A stretch of DNA of 64,000 nucleotides from Bilabrum cf. latius. Lineage: Eukaryota. The translations under genes were made by a program, and so were the position numbers. Positions within the stretch are counted from its first letter, which is position 1, and every line of letters begins with the position of its first letter. Positions 13,890-26,840 of this stretch are shown piece by piece. The notes beneath the pieces were generated by a model. The model ran no database searches. It saw nothing but the letters and a program-made list of their open reading frames with translations, and had not been told where the DNA came from. Location of the stretch: assembly GCA_965178125.1 (NCBI GenBank), contig OZ237766.1:248001-312000 (forward strand), written 5' to 3'.

Positions 13890-14567
13890 TCATCTACCAC
13901 CACGGGCCCCACTTGCACTGCTCTCTGCCCCCCTTGCTGCCACGCTGCTCGACTTCGGGCTGCCTGCAAACAGGGGTCGCAGCAGGCCCCTGCCGGTTTC
14001 TGTGGAGCCGAGCAGGACGCCGACACCGAACAAAGCCACGCCCAGGCCCGCCACTAACGCAACCCGCTGCATTTCTCTCCTCTTGTGCAGGTGGAGCACC
14101 CAGTCTGCCTTCATCTTCGCGTGCTCGTCCGATTTGTGCTGCAGGTGCACCAGAAACCCATTGAATAGCTCCTCCCGAGAAATCCAGCCATCGTGGTTGG
14201 TGTCCATAGCCAAAAATACAGCTTCTACCACCGCGATCTGATCGTCGATATTCTGGGACGTAAATCCGAGTTCCTCCAAGAATCCAGCGGCCTTTGGGTC
14301 GATCTTTGGGTTCGAAAGGACCGAGCTCACGAAACGGAACAGCTCTGCTGGAGTGATGTGACCGTCTTTTGCACCTTCGTCATTCGACATATCGATTTCA
14401 TCGAAAACATAGTCAGATAGCGCACGGGCCGACATGATTGCTGCGGTTCGCTTGCCCACCATAGATTGGAAAGCCTTCTATCCTGCCTGCTGGATTGCCC
14501 TGCCCGGCGATTGGGGTGTCGTGGGGGGTTTGGCAGCGGAAGAATCAGTAGCGGACGACGATGCCAT
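13890..14567 (-). CDS. EF-hand protein with C-terminal TM helix
   Basis: EF loops DMSNDEGAKDGHITPAEL and DTNHDGWISREEL. TM VALVAGLGVALFGVGVLL. The N-terminus extends through TAG 14478 to ATG 14567. TGA stop. Confidence 0.75.
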
Positions 14568-14722
14568 GGTTTTGGTCGCGTTCACGTTTGCAGAGACTCT
14601 GTTCCAGGGATTGCAGAATTGAGGCCGAAACCCGGAACGTTCCATGGTGTTCGTTTGGAAAACGATTCAAGCACACTTCCATCCAAGAGTATGCTGCTTG
14701 CTACCCTCAGAACTTCCTTATC

Positions 14723-17716
14723 ATGGTGAATCTGATATTAATTGCGCTCCAGCTTGCGGTCTTGGACGTTTCTTGGGCCGAAATCAACGACCAAGGCCAT
14801 GTATCTGATGCCGAACAGCGGCGCGAGCTACCGCCCAGGCAAGAGGATCAGCAGCCTGAGGGATCGACTCTGCGCGCGTTGATTTATTCTGCTCATGCAT
14901 ACCCATTCTATAGACCCGATTTAGTGGACGAGGTGGAGTTCGAAGCCATCGATCTCAAGGATTGGGTGTTTGTGCCGGGCGACGACGAGCACTACTTGAA
15001 CACCAAGACGGGCGAGACATCATGGGTGAACCCTGCCCTTACGCAGGCAGCCGAAAACGTTGAGCGCAATCAGCTGTACATGCACCAGGACGCCTACGAG
15101 GCAGAAGCGCACGCCGCGGATGTTTACATGCTCGGGAGGACGCAAGAAGAGGAGGAAGCCGCGCTGCGGATCAGCTGGCGCCTGTACGACGAGACGCTTT
15201 AGTTCCGGGGATTTCTCGACGACCTTCCCGCGATCTAGAACCGCGCTCGCATCCCACGGGCGCCTCCTGACAGGGCGAGCATGAGGCGCATCGCGAAGCT
15301 GGCCGGCGTGTTATTTGACGTGGCTCAGATCCGGCTGGAAGTTGCCGTGTACAACATCGAAAGAGAGGTGTTTGCCCGTCTGGGAGCCAGCGGCGCGCTG
15401 GGTACGGCGGGGGAGGAGCATGCCAGCTGGGAGGACGGGGGCACCGGGCTTGGGGGAATAGAGGAGGGCCGAGGGGGTGGCGAGGGTGCATCGCACGGAG
15501 GTGCGCCCACCGAGCAACGCGAGACCCCTGGTGTCGTGTCTGAGGGAACACAAAAAGAAAGCGGGGAGGACGATGCAGCGGGATTCGATCTGGAGGCCCT
15601 CACAGCGAGCCTTTGGGAAGATGAAGACGTAGACGAGGAGGAGCATGACCGGATCCCGGCAAGTATTGCATCGGTCGATGACGCATCGCATGCGGGGGCA
15701 CAATCTTCATCTTCATCTTCGTCATCGTCGCAGGCCATGGACCGGCTTCTCGCCTCTGCGATCCACCAGAAGATGAGGGAGCAGGACCAGTCGGACTCGG
15801 AATCAGACTAGGATTCGCAGGGTGCGTCTGTGGAGGACACTACTGGTGCAGGCGGCAACGAGAAAGAGGAGGAGGAGGAGGAGGACGAGGTGCTGCCTGA
15901 GCGGATCGATCTGGACTCAGTAGACGAGAAGATAGCACAAGAGAAAAAGGTACTCAAGAAAGGATTGATCGCTGAATAGCCGAGGGAACAATCGAGTGCA
16001 ATGAGTGCTGCTGGTGAAGCAGATGCCCTTGGTGCACTGCACTCAGGCGACATCCACATGCCCGTGGACAAGCCCCCCCCGGCGGTTGCAACCGAAGACA
16101 GGGTGCTCCTGGCAGGGGCCCTCAGCGACCTGGGCAATTTCTGGTTCGCGCGGGGAGAGTGGCACCTGGCCATCGATTGCTTCCGCAGGTCACTCTTCTG
16201 GAACCCTGAGCACACGGCGACGCTGATCAACCTGGCCAGCGTGTTCGTCCGTCTTGGGTTCGAACATGACGCCGACACGGTGATGAAATACTACAGGCGG
16301 GTGGAAGGAGGCACCATGGGCGGGTGGGAGGTGTCCGAAGAGGATAGGCTGCAGCGGGGGATCGATTTCGGTAAGAGGCTGTCCCAGCTGATGGGGGGCA
16401 AGACCGTCGGGCAGCTAGTCCTGGACGGCGACATCGATACCCTGGCTTTGCTGAAGACGCTGCAGTACCAGCCGCAGCTGCAGGAAAACATCCAGTACGC
16501 TTCGTTGGACTCGTGCGGCGGCGCCTAGGGCGGTACCAATGATGCTGGCGTGCTGGACGACGGCATGAAGGAGATCGAGGGAGCTGGGGCGACGTCTGGC
16601 GCTGCACATGCTGGCCGCCAGATGGCTCATGATCCGTGGCTGCAATCGATGATGGAAATTGGGGGTGCTAGTGAAGGTGATGGTGATGGGGAAACCGGCA
16701 GCACCCAGACAAGTGGCCCGTTCCAGGTGCCTGCGTTGGAAGAGGCAGACGAGGTGCTGCGCTCGTTTGACTCTCACGAGAGGCTCCTTGAGATCGGCGG
16801 AACCGGGAGCTTCCCCACGATGTAGCAGGCACAGGAGCAGTTCGAGAGCTTCAAGACGTACCTGACTCGGATCACGGGAGACCCTTCTCTGGTCCCTGGT
16901 CACGGCCTGCAGGAGTACAAGAAGGCATGGCAGGAGCTGATCCAGGAGGAGGGGTCATACACCAAGGGTGTGACGAAGAGGAGGAGTGCGGTCGATGCGG
17001 AGAGGAGGCGCATCGAGGCGGAGACACCACCGGGCGGCTCCTACTCGATCTCGCCCGAGACCCTCCGCGGCTTCAACATCGCGATCGAGGGGGCGGTGCT
17101 GGGGCTGACGACGCAGAGGGAGGACGAGGAGAAGGAGAGGCAATCGGCGGCGGACGAACGTTCGCGAACCGAGGCGGCGGCGGCGTCGCTGCCGAGTCGA
17201 ATCGCGGGTGAAAGTGCAGGGCATGGTGGTGCGAACGGACGCCTATCTCAAGAGGCTGTTGCAGCCATGGACGCGTCCTCTGTTTTGGACGACGTGGCCG
17301 TGCTTGGATCCGTGGATGCTTCGCTTTCGTCGTCGGAGCGGGAGGGCTGGAGGGTACGTCCCGGGGTGGTTGGGGATGATTCGATCGGAGCTGTGGGGTT
17401 AGATGCCTCACTCGACGATGGGGCGGAGGGGGAGGGGGGCATGCCCCTGGACGAGCTGGCTGGGCTGGGACTTGGGCTGGTGCTCCTGGTGGGAGGCTTG
17501 GGATACGTTGCGGTGAGGAGCGGGTGCACTGCACGGTGCTGCCGCTGCTGCTGCTGCAGGGGGCAAACGGGGGAGGCGGTCGCGAGGGAGAAGAGCGGGG
17601 CAACATGGGGTGGGACTGGATCGGCAGCTGCCTCGCCCGCGGGTGGTGGCACCAAACCTAGCCAGAGCAAGGGCAAGGGCAAGGGGAGGGGCCGGCGAGG
17701 TGGCAGGCGGCGCTGA
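14723..17716 (+). CDS. Type I membrane protein with signal peptide, WW-like domain, TPR and C-terminal TM (~997 aa)
   Basis: Five ORFs in one frame joined by TAG at 15200, 15236, 15809, 15977, 16526 and 16823. WW-like DWVFV...HYLNTKTGETSWVNP. TPR ALSDLGNFWFARGEWHLAIDCFRRSL. TM LAGLGLGLVLLVGGLGYVAV. TGA stop. Confidence 0.8.
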
Positions 17717-17862
17717 TAGGCGGGAAATATAAGCGTTCGAACTAAACTGTACTGATGCTTTGCTGAACCGGCTTGTTTCGCCAAACATCATCTGCTGCGG
17801 CCTGCGAAGGCAAGCAGATGCGTCCCACTGGCACCACAACCACAGGCATCCTTTCAAGTTGA

Positions 17863-18312
17863 TCACCCCAACGGGTCGAAAATTGTCCTGACGTACGAGC
17901 CGCCCTTCTCCATGACCTAGACTACCGCGTTGACATTGGCTACGATCTCATCCTCGTCCGACTTCTCTGGGCCCGCCTTTGCTTGCTTCAGTTCTGCTCG
18001 CAAGACTCCAGCGTTGGCTAGCCTTGACGGCTTGATGCCGGTTGTATCGATCTTCTCGCATGAGAACTCGATTGTTTGGTCACCAGCTTCAATAATTTTT
18101 GGTTCTGTGGATCCTAGCAAAACCGTGTACCTCTTCTTGATTGAGTCTACTGTGTAAGAAAAGCTCCAGTACGCGTGGTCCATTTTTGACTTGGCCTCAA
18201 ACCCGATTTTCACTTCTAGTCCATCCGTCACGGCGACGTCAGAAGGACCAGCAGAGTACACATTCACTACGATTGCATCACCGCCCCCCTCCGAACCCGT
18301 TGCTGCCGCCAT
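17863..18312 (-). CDS. ASF1-like (histone-chaperone fold) small protein
   Basis: Beta-sandwich-like pattern resembling ASF1. The frame reads through TAG 17917 (VNAVV[Q]VMEKGGSYVRTIFDPLG) to TGA at 17863. Confidence 0.6.
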
Positions 18313-18472
18313 ACTACGCACTTCTGCCCGGTCGCCACGGTCGGCAGCGGAGCGGTTGCAAGCTCAGTTTTTGAAAGCATTCGATATCTACCGTCACGAA
18401 TCGTATAGGATATTGAGGCAAAGATAATGATACAAATTTTGCACGTTTGAGGACGTCGTTTGCGGAGCTGCA

Positions 18473-20616
18473 ATGCAGGCGGCAGAATTTGCTCACGAGT
18501 TTGAATCTCATGGAATTATTGATGAGGTTGGGAAGTCGCTTAGTTCTAGGCTCGACCGCAGTCAAGTTGTACCTCCTGTAATAATTAAAAGTATGATTTG
18601 GAATGAATGCCTGCACTTGATTGGCATATTTGCTGCCATTGCTATCGATGCAAACAGACCGCTTCACGTTGGTTGGCCTGGCACATGGCTCCAAGTCAAC
18701 AGCAGAGGCGCGCAGTCTCATTGCGAGATAGCCTGTGCCATCCCAGCTGAAATAGTTATGCGCATTCGGGGAGGTTCGCAAGTGTCTCACCGACGACAGT
18801 GCGTCGCGTTTCGTATTGCCAGGGAGCTGCCACTCGCCCCTCAGGCTTCCAGTACAGTTACGGTGGAAGGCGAAAACTTTGCCTTATATACGGCCAACCC
18901 CGCATTCATTCGTATCAATGTATCTATATACGGTAATGACGCCACTGAACGCGGTGGCAAACGTTCACCAGGCTCGAAATCGGTCTCTCTGGAATGCGAG
19001 CCAAGGGCGGGGACGATGCAACATCAATGCCATGACGGTCCTGCCGCTGGTGCAACCTAGGGGCAAACTGAAGGTGCAGCCAGTGTGGATGGTACACCCT
19101 CCAAGCAGTCAGCAGGGCACACCACGTCGTCTGGCAAGTCGCAACATCCAGGGGAAGGTGGAGCTGCACCAGCGATCGTACACGCTGGTCTCGGTCGCGC
19201 CCATGCATCGCCGGCTGTGTCAGACTGGATCGTGGTGCTAGGCCCAGATTTGGGCCAGCGTGAGGATCTGGGCCAGTCGGAGCGTGCGAACAGCATAGGT
19301 GCCAGCAGCATAGGTGCCAGCAGCATAGGTGCCAGCAGCAGGGACGGTGGCACGGGCACTGGCTGGGACGAGCGACTCCGTGAGGCATTTTAGGGGGGTG
19401 TTCCGATCGAATGCTGTATAGATTCGCTGTACGCGCTGGATGGCCACGGCGGCGGTGGATCGGTTCGCACCTCTAACACAGGTGCTGGCGCAAGCCCACC
19501 CAGTGGCGCCAAGGCTGCAAGGGGGCAGGGGATTAGCAGTATCAGTGGTGGCGACGGTGATGATGGTGGTGAGGCCAGTAGTGGTCATGCCAATGCAGTG
19601 CATAGGATTCATGCAGTCCCGGTTGATGCACCGCAGTGCAGTGCCCCTGGAAGCGCCGCTCAGCTGCAGCTGCTTCGGCTCATGGCCGTGGACCCATCAG
19701 CTGGCCAGCCATTTGCGACCAGCTCTGGAGCAGGTGACTCTACCCGACGCAGTTCCTCAGTTGGTGGGTCATTATTCACCAAGAGCCAGTCCAGTGCAGG
19801 GTCCACCGGTGGATTGGCCACCCACCGACGGCCTGACCGGTGCGGTCCCACAAGCCAGAGCGATGCATGTCTCCGGTCCGTCCTGGACGCCTTCGGGGGA
19901 GGTGACCCCATGCTGCGGGGGTATGACGAGAGCAGGGCCCCCAGGATGGGGTCATACATTGGTTCCGCTGGGACTGGGCGCGGCGCTCCCGGCGCTCCCG
20001 CTACTGGAGGGTAGAGGCGCGGGTAGGCGCCAGGCATCGACGGGTGGGGCGGGGACAGAGCAGGCAGTTTGCGCGGCACCAGTTCCGCAACGTCGGTGGC
20101 CAGCACCAGCACAAGCCGATCGCTCGACACCGCCACCCGCATGCGGAACCGGCGCCGCGCATCCGGACAGTCGAGCGACGCCGACACCCTCCAGCGCCTG
20201 CTGCCAACCGGGGCGGGCGCCTCTGCCAGCTCCTCACAGCCGGGCCAGCCCCCCCCCGCTGCTGGGGGGATGCAGGGGTTGCATGCTGGCGTCAGGGTGG
20301 TATCCTCTCGAGGGGGCTCCTCGGTGGGCTCGTAGCCCAGCCGGCGGTCGGCAGGGGGCGCCGCGCATTCGCTTGGTTCCGCAGCCCTCGCCCCGTCCGA
20401 GCCGGCCTTCGAGGTCTCGTCTGGGCACAGCTCCCGTTACTCGAAGAGGAAGAGGGAGAGGAGAAACATGAGGATGCAGAGGAAGAGGGGGGATGGGGGG
20501 AAACCTCCGACGCGGGGGATACCTGGTGTGACGAGTGCGGGCGTGGCGTCTAGAGGTGGCCGTCGCGCCGCACTGCTGGCCATCGCACGGTCGCAGTCGG
20601 CGATGCACCAACAGGC

Positions 20617-20662
<46 letters not shown>

Positions 20663-21250
20663 GAACAGCAACATCAACAGCAGAATCGCCCGTAGTATTC
20701 TCGCAGCCCTGACAGCGGCCCCCGTGGGAGTGTCCTGGGTGCGGTGGATCGAACCACTGAGATTGGTGTGACGAGTGAATCCACCGGTGGGGAGAGGGAT
20801 CCACCTGCGCCCTCGTCAGCGTATGCGTGCATCTCGTCGTCGTCTTCTTCGACTGCGGCTGCGGGCCCGGTACCCCACGACAGTGGGCCGGCTAGCGGCA
20901 TCGGCTCTGGCACTGTCAGGGGCCAGCTCTCGGAAGGTGACGCAGGTGCAGGCTCACTAACCGGTCCTAATGCTGGGGCAGGGACAGGGGCAGGGAATGG
21001 AGACACAGAAGCGCCACCGAGGAAACGGATGCGAGCCATGCCCCCGTCACCGCGCTCGTCACACCCGGCGCCAGTGGAGCCGTCGATCCGCCTGTCTGCT
21101 GTGCTGATGACCCGCCTAATGTCTGCGAGGAAACAGGTGGTTGTGGCTCACGTTCTAGCGCGAGCAATGGAGTATTTGGGGGGAAATGGGGATGGCTCGA
21201 GCGACGCTGAGCTCGGGGAAGCGGTGGGTCGCGCCGTGGACGAATCTTGA
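18473..21250 (+). CDS. Low-complexity poly-Gln-containing protein, unknown function
   Basis: Six same-frame ORFs joined by TAG at 19058, 19391, 20012, 20024, 20333, 20660 and 20693. Basic NLS-like runs. TGA at 21248. Start uncertain. Confidence 0.65.
20618..20659 (+). repeat. (CAG)n microsatellite encoding poly-Gln
   Basis: Run of 14 CAG immediately followed by TAG GAA CAG CAA CAT CAA CAG CAG. Confidence 0.95.
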
Positions 21251-21347
21251 TTGGGTAAGGTGCATTTTCTGGTTTCTTGTTCTCGGTGACGACGTGGCAC
21301 CTCGACGATTACTCACACATACATCTGCAACAGTTTACATTGCAATA

Positions 21348-21872
21348 ATGGCAGGATCAGCACCAAGCAAAGAAGCCGTTGATTTCGTGGATACGACTGT
21401 TAAGGATAGCAAGGTTGCGGTGTTCAGCAAGACCTACTGCCCGTTCTGTAAGTTTGCTTTTGCCCGTGTCTTTGTCGGGTCTAGGCAAGCCGTAGCGCGA
21501 TGTCATTTGCAATCACGCAGACTGTTGATTTTGGGGGCATTCGATCTCTTGTATCAGCCCAGACAGGTGGATTCGTTCTGGCGATCCGATGACGTCCCGA
21601 AACCATTACCTACTCCTCGTCCCGCAGGTACGAAGGCCAAGAACGCCCTAAGCACATTCAAGGGTCTCAGCAAGAACATGACGGTGGTTGAGTTAGACAC
21701 CCGCGAGGACGGAGCAGCCTTGCAGGCGGCCATGGCAGCCAAGGCCGGAGCTCGCAGCGTGCCCCAGGTGTTCATTGGCGGAAAGTGCATCGGTGGCGGA
21801 GACGACACTGCCAGGTTGCATGCGACTGGTGACTTGGAAAAGCTGCTCAAGGAGGCCAAAGCCATTGAGTAA
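21348..21872 (+). CDS. Dithiol glutaredoxin (CPFC), one intron 21448-21627
   Basis: VFSKTYCPFC, SVPQVFIGG, IGGGDD. Intron gtaagt...cccgcag (180 nt). Ends in TAA at the expected C-terminus. Confidence 0.95.
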   Translation: MAGSAPSKEAVDFVDTTVKDSKVAVFSKTYCPFCKFAFARVFVGSRQAVARCHLQSRRLLILGAFDLLYQPRQVDSFWRSDDVPKPLPTPRPAGTKAKNALSTFKGLSKNMTVVELDTREDGAALQAAMAAKAGARSVPQVFIGGKCIGGGDDTARLHATGDLEKLLKEAKAIE

Positions 21873-22554
21873 ATGCTTAGTTGACGCGAAACAGTCGTAG
21901 TTTTGCTAGTCCAACCCAAATAGAGTGCAATGCACTAGAGTGCAATGCACTGAAGACTGTACGGCGCCACCCGACGTGTTGGCTTCCTTGCAATTTCATG
22001 TATCACTACGATAGGAACCGCTGCAGGGGTATGCTCGCCGCCACACTGATGACCCCAAGCACCTGCCCCGCCGCCTGTGAACCTGCAACCGCCCTGGTCC
22101 CGTAGATGTAGTGCACTGTGGCACGCCTCACGGCCACTGAAGGCAGTCCGCCTGAAATACAATCGTGCCATAGTGCAGGGGCGCCGGTGCCATATCTGTG
22201 GCCGCAGTGGCGCACCCTACTAGTTAGTACCCGTAATGTCCCTCCAGCCGTGACCCCACCCTGGTGGTTCGTCGCGCCCGTGGTGCATTGGGCGAATCTG
22301 GCTGTCCGCGTGCGATGGCGCATGGGTCTGACTTGTGCTCAGGCCCCGCCGACTCATTGGGGACAGCCCTGGAGATTGATTCATCCGCTATAGTATGACC
22401 TGATCAAGAATCTTTGGACCTGATCATCTGATATTTGTAAGGTGCATTTTAAGTGTGATGATTGCAAATCATGATTATTTAGTGTGCATGCGTACAGGCC
22501 CACTGCATCAGCTTACACTGATATAAAGGTCGCATCAGCCTCGAATCTGCAGGA

Positions 22555-24234
22555 ATGAGATCAATCGTTTCTATGTTGGCAGCTTTCGCCGCCTGTTAGG
22601 CGGTCAGTGTGCACGGGCGACGTGCAGAAGGCCAGCGGCACCTTCGCAGCGCTGGCTCCATGATGTCGTCGACGTCGGTTCACGCCAGCAGCAGGCACCA
22701 GAGCCGCGACATCTATCGATTTGACGAGACTCAAGATAATTGGGCCTCTGAGTCCTGCGACGTGAGCGTTTTGGCCGCGAGGAAGCCAGCAACGATGAAC
22801 AGACTCCGGAGGGGCGAGATTCTGCATTCCACCTCCGACCCGTTCGATAATGCACTGGTCAAGGATTCTACGTACGTGTGGCTCCGCGCTGACTGCAAAC
22901 TCATTGTTAGTGACAAGGACGGGGTGGTACTGTTTTAGAGGGGCAGGCATCCGGTCGACCACTGTGCGCTGCTCTTGACGGATGCGTCGTGCAGCACGCA
23001 AGGAGACCTAGCCATCATCGACACGGATACGGGCAAGTACCTCTGGCGGGTGCAATCCTCTGTCTTCACACCCAAGGTGGACACGTTTCAGGTCCAGGGG
23101 GACGGCAATGCCGTTCTCCTTCAGGAAGGCGCGCAGCTGCTATGGAGCACCAAACGAGAATTGGGCGACGACCACGATCGTGGCTACTTCCACTTCGATC
23201 TGGAGGTGCGGGAGGACGTGCACAGTCTGCAGTGCGATACAGGGGCCCTGCAATCGTCGTACCACCAAGTGACCGACGGCGACGTGCTGTCTCCTGGGGA
23301 GTTGCTACGAGCCGGGGCCGCTTTGAGGGAGGGGCAGGGCGAGAGGTTTCCGGCCGAGCTGCGCATGCAGAGAGACTGCAACCTGGTGGTGTACCGAGGG
23401 GGCGAAGCGGTGTTTGCGACCAACACGAAGGGAAAGGGTACCGAGGGGAAGTGCGCACTCGTCATCACGGGGGATGGGTGCGACACCCAGGGCGACCTGG
23501 CCATCGTGGACAGCGCCTCCGGGCAGTACATCTGGCGGGTGCCTACCTCGCTGATGGACCCGGGAATAGACACATTTCGTCTGCAGGGGGATGGCAACGC
23601 AGTCCTGTTCCAGCAGGGAGGTGCTATCGCGTGGTCTGCGGGGTCGGCGGACCTGGAAAGTCCTGCCGACGACAAGACCTTCGGCAATGGTCGCAAGACG
23701 GCGGCGCTGCAGGCGGCCATTGCAGAGGCGGCTCCGAGTCGCTGCGACCCCCAGGCGCTTGCTAAGCGGCCTGCTGCCAATGGGCAAACTATGTGGGAAA
23801 CGGAGGCGCTGGCCATGGGGCAGTCGCTCCATTTGGAGTCCTTCAGCCATGCCTCTCTGACGGTACAGGACGACTGCAATCTGGTGGAGTTAAATAATAA
23901 TGGACTCATCAAGTGGAAGACGGATACCCAGGGCAAGGCTAAGAAGTGCGCACTCGTCATCACGGGGGAGGAGTGCGACCGCGTGGGAGATCTTGCTCTC
24001 GTGGACATGGACAGCGGGGCGTACCTGTGGAGCATCGGGACGTCCTACATCCGGCCCCCAGGTAGGTCGTTGAAGCTGTATATGGACTGCATGTACCTCA
24101 ACCAGCAGGGTTCGTCCGAAGGTCTCTGGAGGTCGTGCGGCAAGGGAAAATACGACCCCGTGCCCATTCAGGGATTCCCAATGGGCTAGTTCGAGTAGGC
24201 GTCCTCTTATCTGGGCCTGCCCCAAGACAACTAA
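22555..24234 (+). CDS. Secreted multi-domain bulb-type (B-) lectin
   Basis: Signal peptide MRSIVSMLAAFAAC[Q]A. Repeated QxDxNxV motifs (QGDGNAV, QRDCNLVVY, QDDCNLV). TAGs at 22597, 22936, 24187 and 24196. TAA stop at 24232. Confidence 0.85.
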
Positions 24235-24533
24235 GGTATGTCTTTGTTCAGGCGGTCGTGAAAGCACGGTTAGCATGGTTATGCCAACCGGCTCTCGCCC
24301 TGTTAGCGCATCCCATGCATGCATCCCGGATGCGTGATGCTTTGACACCGAAGAAGGGCGCATATTTCAACCTGAAGCGCACGCGCTACAAGTCACCAAA
24401 CGGTAATAAGTTATATACATGATCCATGGATATTCGGACAGGTTCAGGAGGGGCAGATCATGGGGATCATGATCGGATGCAGTGGAGTGGACAGCGTGCA
24501 GGCCTCCATGAACTTCGTTGAGGATCCGGGATG

Positions 24534-26516
24534 TCACACCATCGCACCCCGACCACCATGATTGTCCATCGGCTCTGCCCCTCCCCCAGATCTAGGCACC
24601 TCTACCTCGCACGCCTCATCATCGCTGCCCTCATCTTCATCGTCATCTTCGTCGTACTCGTACCCATCACCCTCTCCCACGCTATCTCCCAGGCCCATCC
24701 CCGCCAGTTCCCCCGGCATGAACTCATCCACGCTGTCTCTTCGATGCAGCATCTTTGGCGTCACTGTCTCCAGACGGCCCTGCCTCCACACGGGCACAGG
24801 CGCTCCGACAGGAGCAGAGGCCGCAGAAACGGCCGACTGGCCTCCTAAATGCGCGGCGCCAGGTCGGTTCCGCAGCGCCTTCAAGTCAGGCCCAAGCCGG
24901 GCCGCCTGCAGCGACTGGATCCGCTTCTGCCTCCAACCCGGAGCCGAATGTACTGCCACCCTCGCGCTGCTTGATGCCCCTGCATCATCCTCGTGCTCCT
25001 GGAACTGAATATCGCCCGCGGACCCGGAATCTCCGATGGATGCAATCACCTTTGCCATCTCGAGGGGGTTCCGCACCACTCGCCCGCCCCCTCCCGGCAC
25101 TGCCGTGCCGTGCACCCCACGCCTGCCCCTGTACCCTCTAGATCGAGTGGTCCTGCCTCTGCTGCTACCATTACCAGCGCTGCTCCCGCCTGGGCTTTGG
25201 GCGGCGTTCCGGCCCGTCTAATCGCCTGCTGCCCCGTCGTACACCTCGTCATCTGCCGCGCTCGAGACGCATACGCACAGCACACCGCACAGAAAGACAC
25301 AACACGACTCGGAATTGGGGTCTCCGACACCGGCATTCCCCCTGCAGCACTCGTCACACGCGTCGTAGTCTTCCTAATCGTCATCATTATTATCATCACC
25401 ATGTCCTAGTCCACCTACAGCATTAGCGCTGACACGGCCACCGTCCCGCCCCCCGGTGGAGGAACCAGCCCATACACAGCACTCGTCACACCCGGAGCAT
25501 AGGGCACGTCTAGTACGTCTCCGCAGCACGCCCAGCAAGGCCCGAACGGGCGCATTCAGCCCGTACACAAGGGCACAGGCGAACGCATGCGCCGGGCTCA
25601 GCATGGCCTGCAGCACCTGCACCGCCCTCAGTTCAGGCCCCTGAGGATCCGCCGCCTGATTCACGCGGTTGATTACGGACCATATTCGGATGGTGATGAA
25701 CACGGCGCAGAACAGGGCGAGTCGCCTTGCAGCCGCGCTCCGAAGCTGCTCGCTTGCAGCCGCCGAACGCCTGCCTCCCAGCCCGGGGCCGAACCTGCTT
25801 CGGTCACGCGAAGCATGCGTCCCTTCATTGGAGCCCTCTATTTCTCCTACTCCTGCCGCTCCTTTTGACACGCCACCACCTGCACCACCGCACTCGTCAC
25901 ACAAGCAAGAGCAGGGGCAGGAGCAGGAGCAGGAGCAGCACCCCCCGCAGGTGAGGTCATCCTCCTCTCCCCCGCACAGGAGCAGCACCAAACAGCCTAC
26001 GGAATATACCATGGACGCAATGAGCAGGGCGTAATAGCACCCGAACCGGAGGCCCGTTTCTTCTTGCACGATCCAGCACCACGGACCGGACGGCCCATAG
26101 GATTGCGTGGCCGCAGGGACGATTCCCAGTGCCAGTGGAACCAGCCAGTTGAACGCGATCACGGGCACGAGCGCATTCTTCAGGGCCGCATTGTCCCATT
26201 CGGACCGCACGACTAGGACCACCATGGTTGCGATGCTGCCAGTCCACAGGAACACGGACACGTCCCCCACTTGCGCCAGAAACGCGCCCCCCTGGCACAG
26301 CACGCCCACGCCCTGAAACACGCTGAGCAAATCGCCAATTCCAACGATACTTCCTGCCATGCACATATGAAACACCGCCGTGAAAGGGACGGAGCGCAAT
26401 CGGGGAAAGGACAGGAACAGGCAGACGATTCCCAGGCTTCCTGTCATGCTGAGAGAGGCGGACGCGATCGACACTCCTTTCACTGTATCCTCCCATGCTT
26501 GTTGCTCAAGTGACAT
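24534..26516 (-). CDS. 7TM receptor of the cAMP-receptor-like (CAR/GCR1) GPCR group with long C-tail
   Basis: SASLSMTGSLGIV, LCQGGAFLAQ, YGPSGPWCWI, ALVYG. The tail continues through TAG 25374 and 25218 to TGA 24534. Confidence 0.85.
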
Positions 26517-26840
26517 GCCCTCAGAGTGGCATACAAAAGGCAATTAGAGCAGCAGGAGGTTGAAGTTACCTTTGTCGACCGATGGGTCTGGCCGGGGATC
26601 CACGGATCCAATGATACTGGGGCTACCAGCACACTCAATAGCCCAAGCAGCCTAATGTCTGATAATTAAATACAGTTCATATCGAAGCGGGGGTACACAT
26701 GCTCGATGCAGTGTAAATTGCGACACTGCCTGGACTTCTAGGTATGCAACTCGGAGCAAGCCGTCGATTTGGGACCAGTCCCAGTACTCACGTGCAATTG
26801 ATAGAATGTGTATTGACAAATCGCCAGCAGTGTAAACAGT

